A DNA stretch of 62,206 nt from a virus. Lineage: Duplodnaviria > Caudoviricetes. Below are positions 38,629 to 49,178 of this stretch, piece by piece. The stretch spans positions 1 to 62,206 of IMG/VR virus record IMGVR_UViG_3300013094_000050. One strand, written 5' to 3'. A program made the position numbers and the translations under genes. The notes beneath the pieces are model-generated. The model ran no database searches. It was not told where the DNA came from and saw only the letters and a list, made by a program, of their open reading frames with translations. Each line of letters starts with the position of its first letter. Position 1 is the first letter of the stretch.

Positions 38629-41600
38629 TTACCACACCTGAGTCGATGTCTTATTCCACGCATTTCTGCCGAAGAAATCTAATGCTGCCATATTTCCGTC
38701 TACACCTTTCTTATTAATATATACTTTATTTGACATTTTTACCACTGACCCTGAAATTCCATTCGGTATACTTGATGCAATAAGATTTGGATTTCCAACT
38801 TCGACCGTACCTGCAATTAAATTACCAGTAAATGTGTTTGCACCACCTTGGCTTAATCTACTAGTTATGTAAGATTTAATGGCTTTCTGTGTTGGTAAAA
38901 TCGCATCTGAATTAGCTGTAAATGAAGGATCTGTACTAATTTGTGTGACTACTACACTACTACTTCCAACAGCTAATCCGCCTAAACTCAATGTATTCAA
39001 TCCAATCAATCCGAACTGTGTAGCACTAAGTGTAACAGTTCCAGTTGCTTGCTCTACCCCAAATAAACTACCAACTAAAAAGTTACCATTTTCATCTGTA
39101 CTTACATAGAATACGTGACCTTGGTTAACTTCAATTGCTTCGTTTTGAGGTAAAGCAGTTGATTCATCAACATTAGGATAATTTGTTGAATAATAATTAC
39201 CAACACCGATTGATAAGAAATCATGATTTGTTAATCGAACTTGGCTATACAACGCTCTGACTGTAAATTTAGTGCCGTTTGCCGGACTATTTGCATTTGT
39301 CACACTAGGCGATACTTGAATATTTGCTTCAATAAATGGTGCCACTGTTCCATATACTGCATATGCGCTAGTAACTTTGTAAATTTGACTAATACCGTCG
39401 ATGCTAATATTACTACCAACAACTGGTACAGATTGTAAATTATTACAAATAAGAGTATAACCTGTTTGATATGTATCGGCAAAACCATTTCCGCTAATCG
39501 TAACTGCTGTAGATGTTGTATTGTATCCAGTACCTCTATTTACAAAAGTAGGATTACTTAACACACCACTAGCAATTCTAGATTGCACTGAACATGATAT
39601 TTGTGCATTAAAATCGTAAAATGTTACAGTCGGAGACGGAGTTATTGTAACTAGTGTGCCTGATGCTGTTGCAGCTTGTGATATGACGATCGAAGATGCT
39701 CCTGTATTGACTGATAATATTGTAGAATTAATTGGTATACCTGTACCTGCAACTGTTAATCCTGCATACAATGTGCTAATATTTGTAATATGCGTAATTG
39801 TAGTAGAATTTAGAGTTAAGGTTCCTGTTACCGCCGATGGATAATTTGAACCAGTTTCCCATTGTGTAATTCTACTTATAACATTAGATGTTACAGTTGC
39901 TCGACCTTGAGGACGAATACCTTCTGATATTGTTGTAACACTTCCAGTTCCAGTTCCAGTTCCTGATAATGTTGGAAACACACCAACATTATTGGCATTA
40001 AATCCAAATCCTAATACACCTATACTACCATACGATAATGTTCGGTTATACCAGTAAACACCGCTATCACTTGAATACTCAGAAGTTCCTGAACTTTGTA
40101 CTGCAACAAATACTCCCTGACCATATGTTATACTATTAGCTGATAGGTATGTTAATCCTTGATACCAAGTTGCACCATCAAAACTATATGCCGGATACAA
40201 TCCAGTACCACTTTGGATAGCTACAAATCGGCTGTTACCCCAAGTAATACCGGTATAGTTTGGAACACCAGCAATTGCAAAATTTACTCCACTTGTAGTA
40301 CCAGCAACAGTAGTTATTTGTGTGAAAGTTGGATATGTAGATGACAATGTCATTTGTGTTGCGCCGTCTACTGTACTATAAATGTAATAAGTACCATTTG
40401 TTATAGTACCTGCACCGGTATTTTCTCCAGATACAACTACAGCCATTCCAGGCAATAACTGTATAGGACTTGCACTAATTGTAATACCGCCGGCAGAGTT
40501 ATTAATTGTAACTGTTGTGAATATTGTAGATGCTTGAGGCAACTGCCCAGCAACCCATGTATTTCCATCAGGACTTCTTGCAATAGTGCCGTCGCTTGCA
40601 ATCGCTAAGAATTGCTGATCTCCGTACACAAGACCGACCCATGCTTTATTTGTTAATAATCCAGTTGTACTTAAATTCCAACTATATCCAAAATTTGTTG
40701 AATATGCAGCAGGACCAGTAATTGTAACTACTGCCCATGCATTGCTAGTTACGCTATTACCAGAAATTGCAACCCAATTGCTTAATGCAGTGTTATACGC
40801 AGCATCAGCCCATTGTTGTGTGCTAGGCATCGATAATGGTTGCCAGTTAATTCCGTCAATACTAGTTGCTGCTGATTGTGATGGACTTGCTCCTGGATTT
40901 TGTGCTAAGAAATGTCCGTAACCATAACGAATATTTTGCCAATTTAGTACACTTGCGCCAGTTAACACAGTTGATGATGCTGAAATCCAATGAACTCCAT
41001 CTAAACTATATGCAGTATTTCCATTTTGGGCCAGTGCAACAAACACTCCGTTACCAAATGCAACGTTAGTCCAGATTGTAGTAAGAGGCAAAGTAGTTGC
41101 TACCCATGTTTGTGCTCCGTATCCTAGACTATATGCAGCAACATTACTTCCTAGTTGGCTGGTTCCAGTGACTGATCCTAGAACCGAAACTGTGTAAGTA
41201 CCAGTTAACGCAAATGTAAGACCTGCAACTGCGCAAGTTATTACGGTGAATGTTGTATTAACTGTATTCACAGTACCGCTAGTCGATGTGGGAGAAAATC
41301 CCGATAATGTAATAGTAGAACCAGGTGCAAAAGGTGCTATAGTTTGTGTAGCAAACCCTAACGTAGCTGTTCCTCCTGATACAGTGAATGATGTAGCGCT
41401 CAATGTTAACGGTACTTGGCCGCTAGATAATGCTACATATATTCCATTTCCAAAATCAATATCAGTCCATGCAGTAGTAGTAGGTAATGCATATGTTGTC
41501 CAAGATAAACCATTATTTGTACTAACAGATACTAGTGCTGTGTTTGATGCTACAGATACCCATGTACCTTGGCCGTTGTTAGTTACAGCATTAAATAGTC

Positions 41601-44600
41601 CTTTAGTAACTCCCATGCCGCCACCGTTGATCCAAGTCGTGCCGTTAGTAGTATATACACTAATACTTGCACCACTAGCAGCTTGACTAACTGCAACAAA
41701 TGTATTTGCACCGTATGTAATATCTAACCAAGTATAAGATGCACTTAACGATGGTCCAGTATTCCATGTAGTACCGTTGGTACTCCATCCAGTAGTTCCT
41801 GAACCTGAAATTGCAACGTAAATACCGTTGCCATATGCAATAGCTGTCCAATTTACAGTTGCAGGTGCTAGTTGTGCTATTGTACTCGCTTGTGTTACTT
41901 GGGTAGCTATAGTGACAAATCGGCCGTTGCCGTATGCAATCTTATTCCAAGAACCTGGATAATTTGCCGGTAAATTTGTAGTATGCCAACTAGCACCTGC
42001 TGCGTTTGAATATGCCGCGACACTAGTTCCTCCAGCTGTTGATCCTATTGCGATCCAATAAAAGTTTCCAAATGCTATACTGGTCCATGCAGTCACTGTC
42101 GAAGGCAGTGTATAACTAGACCAGGTGTTACCATCAGATGATTGAGCACCTGTTGACCCTGCACTTGGAATTGCTAAGAAATAATTATTTCCATATGCAA
42201 TTCCTTGCCATGTTGGCCCTCCAGTTAATGGTGTAGCCATAGTTCCTGTAACTTGAGACCATGATGGTAAACTATATTGCAATCTTGGTTCAACATAGTA
42301 TACAGATTGAGAATCTAATGCTATTGCAGTCGGGGTTCCTGGATTAAAGTTATCCCATCCGCAAGCACCCATCTGCATTGTTCCAGTTCCAGATATTAAT
42401 GTAATTGGAGTACCTGCAAGCGATGTGCTTACTAACAATGACGGAGTTGTTCCAGGAGTAATAGCTGTAATATAATATGTTGTATATGAATTAACACCAC
42501 CTAATAACGGTAATGAATATGTTCCTGTCATAGAACCAGTTTGTCCTATATTATTTGTTACAACAACTTTAGGTCCTGAAGTAGTAGCTGTCATAGTTCC
42601 GCTACCTCCACCTAGTACATAAGGTGATACACAAGTTCTTACATAAATTAATCCAGACGCATTAACTAATGATACAGGATTAACTCCATCAGACGATACT
42701 GTAATTTGGTTTGTTGCAGTATTAGTTGTTAAAATATAATAAACTGTTTCTCGTTGAAGACCTCCAAAAAATCCCCCTGATGTAAGTCCGCTGAATATAA
42801 TAGGTTGTCCAAGCACAAAATTGTTTACTGATGTTGATATTTGTATCAAATTTGTAGTAATTTGTGTAGATGTTGCTGTCGTCCTAATAATGCCTGCACT
42901 TGAAACAATTTGAAAATCAGTGGTATCGGGTATATTACTAATATAATATACTGTATTTGTTGTAATAGATGCATCAAAAGTTGTTCCTGTAAAAATTATA
43001 GGAGTCATTGGTACTAATGATGTTGTGGAAGTTGTTTGTATTGTGTTTGTTGCACCACCTATACTACCTGTCACAGTAATTGTTACCAAATTAGTAGATA
43101 CAGTAAAATTATTGCTATTTATAATATCGTTAACATAATAATATTGACCTAATGTTATTCCACCAACAGATACTCCAGTAAATTCAATTGGAATATTTGG
43201 AATCATATTTGTAGTCGATGCAATCAAATATCCAGAATAACTTGGGAAAGTTACAGTCATTGTAATACCTGCTGTGCTCAATACATTTGTTAACTGTACA
43301 GCATTACCACTGATGCCTGTTGCTATTTGTATATTATTTCCGGTTATATTAATGATATAATATACAAATCCTGGAGTAAGATTAAAACCTGCGCCTGTTA
43401 ACAATGTAAACACCACTGGCATATTAATAAACAATTGTGCAGCACTATTCACTTGAATAGTATTTGTAATACCACCAACAGTTGCAACAGCTACTACAGT
43501 TGCAACAGATGTTTGCGTAATTGTAGTATTGAAATAAGTAGGAACGAATCGAACTTGTTGGTTAACATATAATCTACTAATGTCAGTACCATTAGCTAAA
43601 AATAATAAATTTGCAGATGGTGTGGAACTATATGTTGTTTGAACAACATTTATTGTATCTACACTTTCTTTTAATACCAGCGCTGTTCTGCCAGGTACAT
43701 TATTTGCATCTTTAGTTGTACTTTTATTATAATATGCAATCCATCCATATTGGCCTGCTCCGGTTCCTGCTTGGATTAATACCCGCATATTTACATAATT
43801 GTAAACACCTGGATCAGATGCTGATAACTGGATCGATGTTGCATTTCCAGATTGTGCATTTCCGCTATTGGTTACATAACCAGATCCGCCAGTGTATCCA
43901 TTACTGTCTGTAATAATTCTAGTATTAAAGATTGATCCACTTCGAATTTCATCTCCTGACAAATTCGCATTATAGCCTGCACCAGTTACTTCATAATTTG
44001 CATATGCGGTATACATACCGTTAGTTGTTTCAAGATAAAAATCCGGAGCAGGTGTAGATCCTGATATTTCTATTTGAGATCCGTATATAACAGAATATGT
44101 ATTAGATATAGGAGCGTTTGCTCCTTGTGCAAAAAACTTATAAGTTAACGAAGTATTAAGTCCAGTTTTATCATTTACAGCAAACCAAACTCTGTACCAT
44201 CCTGCCGCCAAAGTTTTTTCTGCTCCGTAATACAAAGGCAAAGTTCCTGCATTAGTTGAATTTGATATATTTGTTCCTGCATACGGTGTGACTGTATTTG
44301 TGCCAGTATTATAACTGACACCACTTATAACTGTGCTAGAACCAGAAAATATTGCTTGAATATCAATAGTTTGAGAAGTGCCTGGATATACATACAAACT
44401 AAAAGTATAGTTCTGTGAAGTACCAGTAGGAACAATACCAGACGATGTTACAGTCACTAATGTTCCTACTAATATATTAGTAGAACTAGTTGTAGAATAA
44501 GTTCCTATATATTGTAGTGTAACATTACCACTTGTTACATTCTGTGCAAGAGTAGGTGGTGTTATACCAAATGTTCCAGTACTAGTTGCCAAGTAATAAT

Positions 44601-47600
44601 TTGAAGTTCCTGCTACTGGATTATAATAATAATAGTAAGTACCAGATGTTGCAGACCCATTGGATGTCCAAACAGGCATTGTAACTGTTGCTACTACAAG
44701 ACTACAATCATTAGTTCCTGCTTGTCCGCCTAGAGTTGTACCTGAAATTAATAAATTATTTCCAACTTGATAAAGTTGACCGCCTGATGCAACAGCTGGA
44801 ACATATCCAGAAGGTGTAACAGTTATATTAATTGTTGCGCCATTTCCTGCTCCCGTTATAGTTGAGGGAGATAATGCTGAATAATAGTAGCCTGTTGGAT
44901 TTATTCCGACAGTTTGTTGAATATATCCTGTACCTGCCGTGTTAGTTGCACCTGTTATCAACCATGCTTCGGTAAATCCTGTCGGTGCAATTTCGTTTTT
45001 AATAAAAGAAACATTACCGTCATTTGACCAAGGACTTGTAACGAATGAGTTTGATTGCGCAATCATGTTAGTTGCTGGTAAGTAGTAATTTGATCCTGCA
45101 TTAATATAATTTAATTTAATTAACTGATTAGCAGTACCAAACGCATCCGACACACTAGCTTGAACTTGTTGACTTTGATTAAAAATTGTACCAGTTCCAG
45201 GTATTTCAGTAGTGTCGTAACCCCAACTCAGTACACCAAATGTACCGTAAGAACTATTACCGTTTGTAGAACGAATTCGCCCACCGTTTTCTGCAAAGTG
45301 ACCGATATAATTATAGTATGAGAACACCGATACACACTCAGAAAGCGCACCAGGGCCAGTAATATATACACCAATACCGTCACTTAAAACTTGTGTATAA
45401 TCGTTATGCAACATTGATTTATTGCCGCCATTGTGCAATGTTCCATCTACTTTCGTACCAACACATCCTGTTCCAAAATTAGTGACATTTTGCATGTAAG
45501 GGCTACGACGAATTATCCATACAGTAGAATCGTCAGGTCCTGTTCCTGGATTTAGACTTGTATATTTTCCGCCCGTTGGTCTAGATATACCAAATTGATC
45601 TTTTGCTGACAACATGCCTAACAATCCAAAATTAGATAAGTTACGCATTGTTGTACCGTTTGTCATGTACCACATGTCTTTTAAGCAGTCTCCTGCATAA
45701 CATAACATATTACCAGTGCCTCCGGCTAATATTACAACAGTACCAGAAACGCTAAATGATTGTAATATGCCAGATGCTGTCGCAGGAGATGATATTGTAA
45801 CGGTTGATATACTGCTAATAGCTTGAGAAAATGCTGTAATTATGGTGTTAGCGGGAATACCAGGGCCTGTAATTGTTAAACCGACTTTCAAATTAGAAAT
45901 ATTGCTTACATTCGAGAGCGTGGTACTTCCTGATACCGATGTACCTATTATTACCTGTGTAGGTGCATTTAATATTTGAAATCCAGTTGATGTTATAGAT
46001 GAACCTAATATGTAATAAGTTTGTCCTGGTGTTATATTAACTTCAAAAGATGTATTTGCATTATTAACATAAGGAGAAATAAATTGTATCGGCATTTGAT
46101 CTGTTAAACCAACTGTCGTTGTAACTGTAATTGTATTAGACCCTGCAGCGGTTTGTGTTGCATAAAATTGATAGCTTGTAGCAGGTTGTACTGCTACTCC
46201 ACGCAATTCGTCGCCGACTATTGACAAATTTTCTGGGACAACAATAGGTAAAATTTCACTGTATGTTCCAGTTTTAATATATAAAATTGCAGTTAAACCA
46301 GTATTACTTGCAGGTACAAGGTAAGTATTTAGATTTGTTAATGCCGTAAGTGGTATGTTCATTAATGTTGTAATTTCTAAATTAACCCCGTTTTCCGCAG
46401 TTAACGATTGATTAAAATTTTGATTTATAACATTAGTACCAGTTATACCATTCAATGTTTGATAGCTAGCTGGAGGTGCTACTTGATTAACTGCTGCAAT
46501 CATCAGTGATTCCAAATAGGTTAATGATGGAGCAAAATAAGCAATAGAAGATTCAACAATATTATTGACTAATTGAGTGCTACTTCCGTAATAAAACCAG
46601 CGTAAAGTTGCAGCAACAATTTGACTATTTCCTCCGCGTTGCATATCATAAACAATAGCGTCAATTACATATCCAGCATCACGCTGTGTGTAGAATGGAT
46701 CAAATAAACTAGCTGTACTGAACGGAGCAATGTTATTATTGCATTGATACAACATCCATTGATACATTTCTGTAATCATCCACGCTTTATTTGCTTGAAG
46801 TAACGCAGCTGCATTTGAAAAATAAAGACCTTTTGCGACATAATTACAAGAATATTTTATAGTTTTCCAAGGAGTATCCCAGCTAGTACCATGAGAAGCA
46901 TCATCCACACCTAAAAATGTATCTACATAATAGGTAACAGGAATAACATTTAATTTTTTCCAATTTGGTACATTTACATTAACTGCTAAATCGTAAGATG
47001 TTGTTCCGATTGGAATGCGTGTGTATTGGGGACCATTTGCCGCTACGAATGTTTCTAAATCGCCTTTAGTATTCATAGCGTTGTTTAAGTCGTGCGTAAT
47101 ATAAACTGCCCAATAGGTGTGTGTAGTATCGACGGCAGGATCAATATTTGAATTATTTTGAATACATCTATACGTTGTATTTGTACGGATTGCTAAATCG
47201 CCTACTACATATGAAGTACTCGAATTCCAAAAACTTTTCCATTGTTTTCCTAGAATTAATAATGACCATGATGTGGATACTCCTATGAAATTAAGAGTTT
47301 GCCCGTCGACTGGGGTACCGTCTGGTCCCATATCTAAAATTGCTGTTGTACTATTTGAAATACTAGAAACCGTTTGTCCTATCGAAAACCCGACTCCATT
47401 TACAATCATACCAGGTACTAGTTGTAATGCACTTACTAACACTAATGTAGTTCCTGAACTACCTGCTGCTGAATAGATTGCAGATACATCACCGGTTGAT
47501 GGGTCTGTAGTATTATTAGCGGTAGCTTCATAAAGACGTCCATTACGATTAACAACATCACCTGTTAAATAAGTTGTACCTGGAAACCAATTTCCTTTAA

Positions 47601-48435
47601 TTCTAAATCCAATATTAAATTGAGACCAATCTGTAGAATCTACACTAGGAATATTTCCAGTATTATTTGCAGATCTGCTCACGTATGCGGTGCCGCCGTA
47701 AACAACTGCATCACCTATTTGATAATTTATTGAAACAGACCAAATCAAATCAGTGCTTTCACCTGGCAAATACAACGCCCAATTTGATGTATTAAATGTA
47801 AGTCCGCTGGTAAATCCAGCGGAATTAGTAGCAATATAAATGTTAGCATCTAATTTTACAAGATCATTAAGTTTATATCTATAATTTTGTTGCCATGCTC
47901 CTAAATATTGAACACCATTAAAGTAAACTTGCCATGCTGATTGATTTGCCTCTAACCCTAATGCAGATGTTGTAGCAGATGTATGTGCAACTTGACATTT
48001 ATAAGTTATGCCACCATAAGTTGCCAATTGACCTGGAGAATATATTGTATTTGGTAGCCATGGGCCTGCCCATGTTTCGTTACTTAAATATATTGCCCAA
48101 TCACCGTTATTAAAATCAGTCAAGAACACTGAGCTAGTATTAGGACTAGTACAAATATAAATACTGCCATTATATGTAACTAAATTATTTAGGCTGTACA
48201 CAGTCCCAGTTGTCCATGTTCCTGCCCAAGATTTTCCTGAAGTAATTTGAATCCAATAAGGGTTCGGTGTAGCATATAAATCGGTATAAAAATTTGAACT
48301 CGATGTATTTCCTACTAAACAAGCAAATGCTTGTCCTTGATACTCTACCACACTATCTTGAATAAAAACAGTATTAGGAGCCCAGTTACCGGCCCAACTA
48401 TATCGTAATTTACTAATCTTAAATTCTGCTGACAT
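38629..48435 (-). CDS. Giant virion structural/fibre protein (3268 aa), paralog of 23768..38578
   Basis: Shares the AEFK start, CBM-like repeats, LHNGGN.SM..NDYTQVLSDGIG, TNGNSSYGT.G and HDFL.IG...STDENGNF. Confidence 0.88.
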   Translation of the reverse strand: MSAEFKISKLRYSWAGNWAPNTVFIQDSVVEYQGQAFACLVGNTSSSNFYTDLYATPNPYWIQITSGKSWAGTWTTGTVYSLNNLVTYNGSIYICTSPNTSSVFLTDFNNGDWAIYLSNETWAGPWLPNTIYSPGQLATYGGITYKCQVAHTSATTSALGLEANQSAWQVYFNGVQYLGAWQQNYRYKLNDLVKLDANIYIATNSAGFTSGLTFNTSNWALYLPGESTDLIWSVSINYQIGDAVVYGGTAYVSRSANNTGNIPSVDSTDWSQFNIGFRIKGNWFPGTTYLTGDVVNRNGRLYEATANNTTDPSTGDVSAIYSAAGSSGTTLVLVSALQLVPGMIVNGVGFSIGQTVSSISNSTTAILDMGPDGTPVDGQTLNFIGVSTSWSLLILGKQWKSFWNSSTSYVVGDLAIRTNTTYRCIQNNSNIDPAVDTTHTYWAVYITHDLNNAMNTKGDLETFVAANGPQYTRIPIGTTSYDLAVNVNVPNWKKLNVIPVTYYVDTFLGVDDASHGTSWDTPWKTIKYSCNYVAKGLYFSNAAALLQANKAWMITEMYQWMLYQCNNNIAPFSTASLFDPFYTQRDAGYVIDAIVYDMQRGGNSQIVAATLRWFYYGSSTQLVNNIVESSIAYFAPSLTYLESLMIAAVNQVAPPASYQTLNGITGTNVINQNFNQSLTAENGVNLEITTLMNIPLTALTNLNTYLVPASNTGLTAILYIKTGTYSEILPIVVPENLSIVGDELRGVAVQPATSYQFYATQTAAGSNTITVTTTVGLTDQMPIQFISPYVNNANTSFEVNITPGQTYYILGSSITSTGFQILNAPTQVIIGTSVSGSTTLSNVSNISNLKVGLTITGPGIPANTIITAFSQAISSISTVTISSPATASGILQSFSVSGTVVILAGGTGNMLCYAGDCLKDMWYMTNGTTMRNLSNFGLLGMLSAKDQFGISRPTGGKYTSLNPGTGPDDSTVWIIRRSPYMQNVTNFGTGCVGTKVDGTLHNGGNKSMLHNDYTQVLSDGIGVYITGPGALSECVSVFSYYNYIGHFAENGGRIRSTNGNSSYGTFGVLSWGYDTTEIPGTGTIFNQSQQVQASVSDAFGTANQLIKLNYINAGSNYYLPATNMIAQSNSFVTSPWSNDGNVSFIKNEIAPTGFTEAWLITGATNTAGTGYIQQTVGINPTGYYYSALSPSTITGAGNGATINITVTPSGYVPAVASGGQLYQVGNNLLISGTTLGGQAGTNDCSLVVATVTMPVWTSNGSATSGTYYYYYNPVAGTSNYYLATSTGTFGITPPTLAQNVTSGNVTLQYIGTYSTTSSTNILVGTLVTVTSSGIVPTGTSQNYTFSLYVYPGTSQTIDIQAIFSGSSTVISGVSYNTGTNTVTPYAGTNISNSTNAGTLPLYYGAEKTLAAGWYRVWFAVNDKTGLNTSLTYKFFAQGANAPISNTYSVIYGSQIEISGSTPAPDFYLETTNGMYTAYANYEVTGAGYNANLSGDEIRSGSIFNTRIITDSNGYTGGSGYVTNSGNAQSGNATSIQLSASDPGVYNYVNMRVLIQAGTGAGQYGWIAYYNKSTTKDANNVPGRTALVLKESVDTINVVQTTYSSTPSANLLFLANGTDISRLYVNQQVRFVPTYFNTTITQTSVATVVAVATVGGITNTIQVNSAAQLFINMPVVFTLLTGAGFNLTPGFVYYIINITGNNIQIATGISGNAVQLTNVLSTAGITMTVTFPSYSGYLIASTTNMIPNIPIEFTGVSVGGITLGQYYYVNDIINSNNFTVSTNLVTITVTGSIGGATNTIQTTSTTSLVPMTPIIFTGTTFDASITTNTVYYISNIPDTTDFQIVSSAGIIRTTATSTQITTNLIQISTSVNNFVLGQPIIFSGLTSGGFFGGLQRETVYYILTTNTATNQITVSSDGVNPVSLVNASGLIYVRTCVSPYVLGGGSGTMTATTSGPKVVVTNNIGQTGSMTGTYSLPLLGGVNSYTTYYITAITPGTTPSLLVSTSLAGTPITLISGTGTMQMGACGWDNFNPGTPTAIALDSQSVYYVEPRLQYSLPSWSQVTGTMATPLTGGPTWQGIAYGNNYFLAIPSAGSTGAQSSDGNTWSSYTLPSTVTAWTSIAFGNFYWIAIGSTAGGTSVAAYSNAAGASWHTTNLPANYPGSWNKIAYGNGRFVTIATQVTQASTIAQLAPATVNWTAIAYGNGIYVAISGSGTTGWSTNGTTWNTGPSLSASYTWLDITYGANTFVAVSQAASGASISVYTTNGTTWINGGGMGVTKGLFNAVTNNGQGTWVSVASNTALVSVSTNNGLSWTTYALPTTTAWTDIDFGNGIYVALSSGQVPLTLSATSFTVSGGTATLGFATQTIAPFAPGSTITLSGFSPTSTSGTVNTVNTTFTVITCAVAGLTFALTGTYTVSVLGSVTGTSQLGSNVAAYSLGYGAQTWVATTLPLTTIWTNVAFGNGVFVALAQNGNTAYSLDGVHWISASSTVLTGASVLNWQNIRYGYGHFLAQNPGASPSQSAATSIDGINWQPLSMPSTQQWADAAYNTALSNWVAISGNSVTSNAWAVVTITGPAAYSTNFGYSWNLSTTGLLTNKAWVGLVYGDQQFLAIASDGTIARSPDGNTWVAGQLPQASTIFTTVTINNSAGGITISASPIQLLPGMAVVVSGENTGAGTITNGTYYIYSTVDGATQMTLSSTYPTFTQITTVAGTTSGVNFAIAGVPNYTGITWGNSRFVAIQSGTGLYPAYSFDGATWYQGLTYLSANSITYGQGVFVAVQSSGTSEYSSDSGVYWYNRTLSYGSIGVLGFGFNANNVGVFPTLSGTGTGTGSVTTISEGIRPQGRATVTSNVISRITQWETGSNYPSAVTGTLTLNSTTITHITNISTLYAGLTVAGTGIPINSTILSVNTGASSIVISQAATASGTLVTITPSPTVTFYDFNAQISCSVQSRIASGVLSNPTFVNRGTGYNTTSTAVTISGNGFADTYQTGYTLICNNLQSVPVVGSNISIDGISQIYKVTSAYAVYGTVAPFIEANIQVSPSVTNANSPANGTKFTVRALYSQVRLTNHDFLSIGVGNYYSTNYPNVDESTALPQNEAIEVNQGHVFYVSTDENGNFLVGSLFGVEQATGTVTLSATQFGLIGLNTLSLGGLAVGSSSVVVTQISTDPSFTANSDAILPTQKAIKSYITSRLSQGGANTFTGNLIAGTVEVGNPNLIASSIPNGISGSVVKMSNKVYINKKGVDGNMAALDFFGRNAWNKTSTQVW

Positions 48436-48447
48436 TTTTTATTCCTA

Positions 48448-48831
48448 TTAAGTTGTTGAGATAATTTGTGACGCACTATAAATGTATGTTTGATTAATAC
48501 GTACAGTTAATTCACCTTGCGAATCTATGTAATAAAAACAGTTTTTATTATCCCAACGATATTGGTCAAATACTAAATTTGGGTATGGACGACTGTGGTC
48601 TGTCGCAAGTCTTCCGTCGAAGAAATCAACACCATATTCAAAACTTTCAAAGTTATTTGCACCTGCACCTGGATTATTTATAGTTAATGTTCCTGTGCTA
48701 GTTAATTGATCTGTTTTATAAAAGTATAAAGTGCCGTCAGGATCAGATCTTGATAATGCGTAAAAATATCTCGGATTACCTTCACCTAACAAGTCATTCA
48801 AATTAAATTCATTACCAGCATAATATGACAT
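48448..48831 (-). CDS. Hypothetical virion-associated protein
   Basis: 127-aa ORF in the structural operon with AGGA RBS. Confidence 0.75.
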   Translation of the reverse strand: MSYYAGNEFNLNDLLGEGNPRYFYALSRSDPDGTLYFYKTDQLTSTGTLTINNPGAGANNFESFEYGVDFFDGRLATDHSRPYPNLVFDQYRWDNKNCFYYIDSQGELTVRINQTYIYSASQIISTT

Positions 48832-48842
48832 AATATATTTCC

Positions 48843-49175
48843 TTAACTAATTTCAACCCAACTCATTACTAAATCCATACTAGTAGATACATTTGAATAA
48901 ATTATTACATTAGTACTAGGAGTTAAAATTAACTTTTCTCCCCCTGATACAATACGTAAACTAGTATTTGATGGAATAGTAATATTTTGAATGTAGTATG
49001 CAGTTGTTCCTGCAATAGTATCTTGTAATTGGATACTAGCTTGAATAATACCAGTTGTAGTATTTGTAATACTTAATCCAATTACTGTAGTTGTTGCAGA
49101 AGAATTAGTTTGGAACAACGGCGATGACGATGTTCCAATTCCTGTTCCTAAATAATTTTTGAATACGGTTGCCAT
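48843..49175 (-). CDS. Small virion beta-sandwich protein
   Basis: MATVFKN...TTVIGLSITN...IP..TSL....GEKLIL...S..EIS. Confidence 0.75.
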   Translation of the reverse strand: MATVFKNYLGTGIGTSSSPLFQTNSSATTTVIGLSITNTTTGIIQASIQLQDTIAGTTAYYIQNITIPSNTSLRIVSGGEKLILTPSTNVIIYSNVSTSMDLVMSWVEIS

Positions 49176-49178
49176 TTA

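Noticed and set aside
38006-41410. Diversity-generating retroelement TR/VR pair
   Set aside because: No reverse transcriptase in the window; both copies are internal and coding, and mismatches are not adenine-specific
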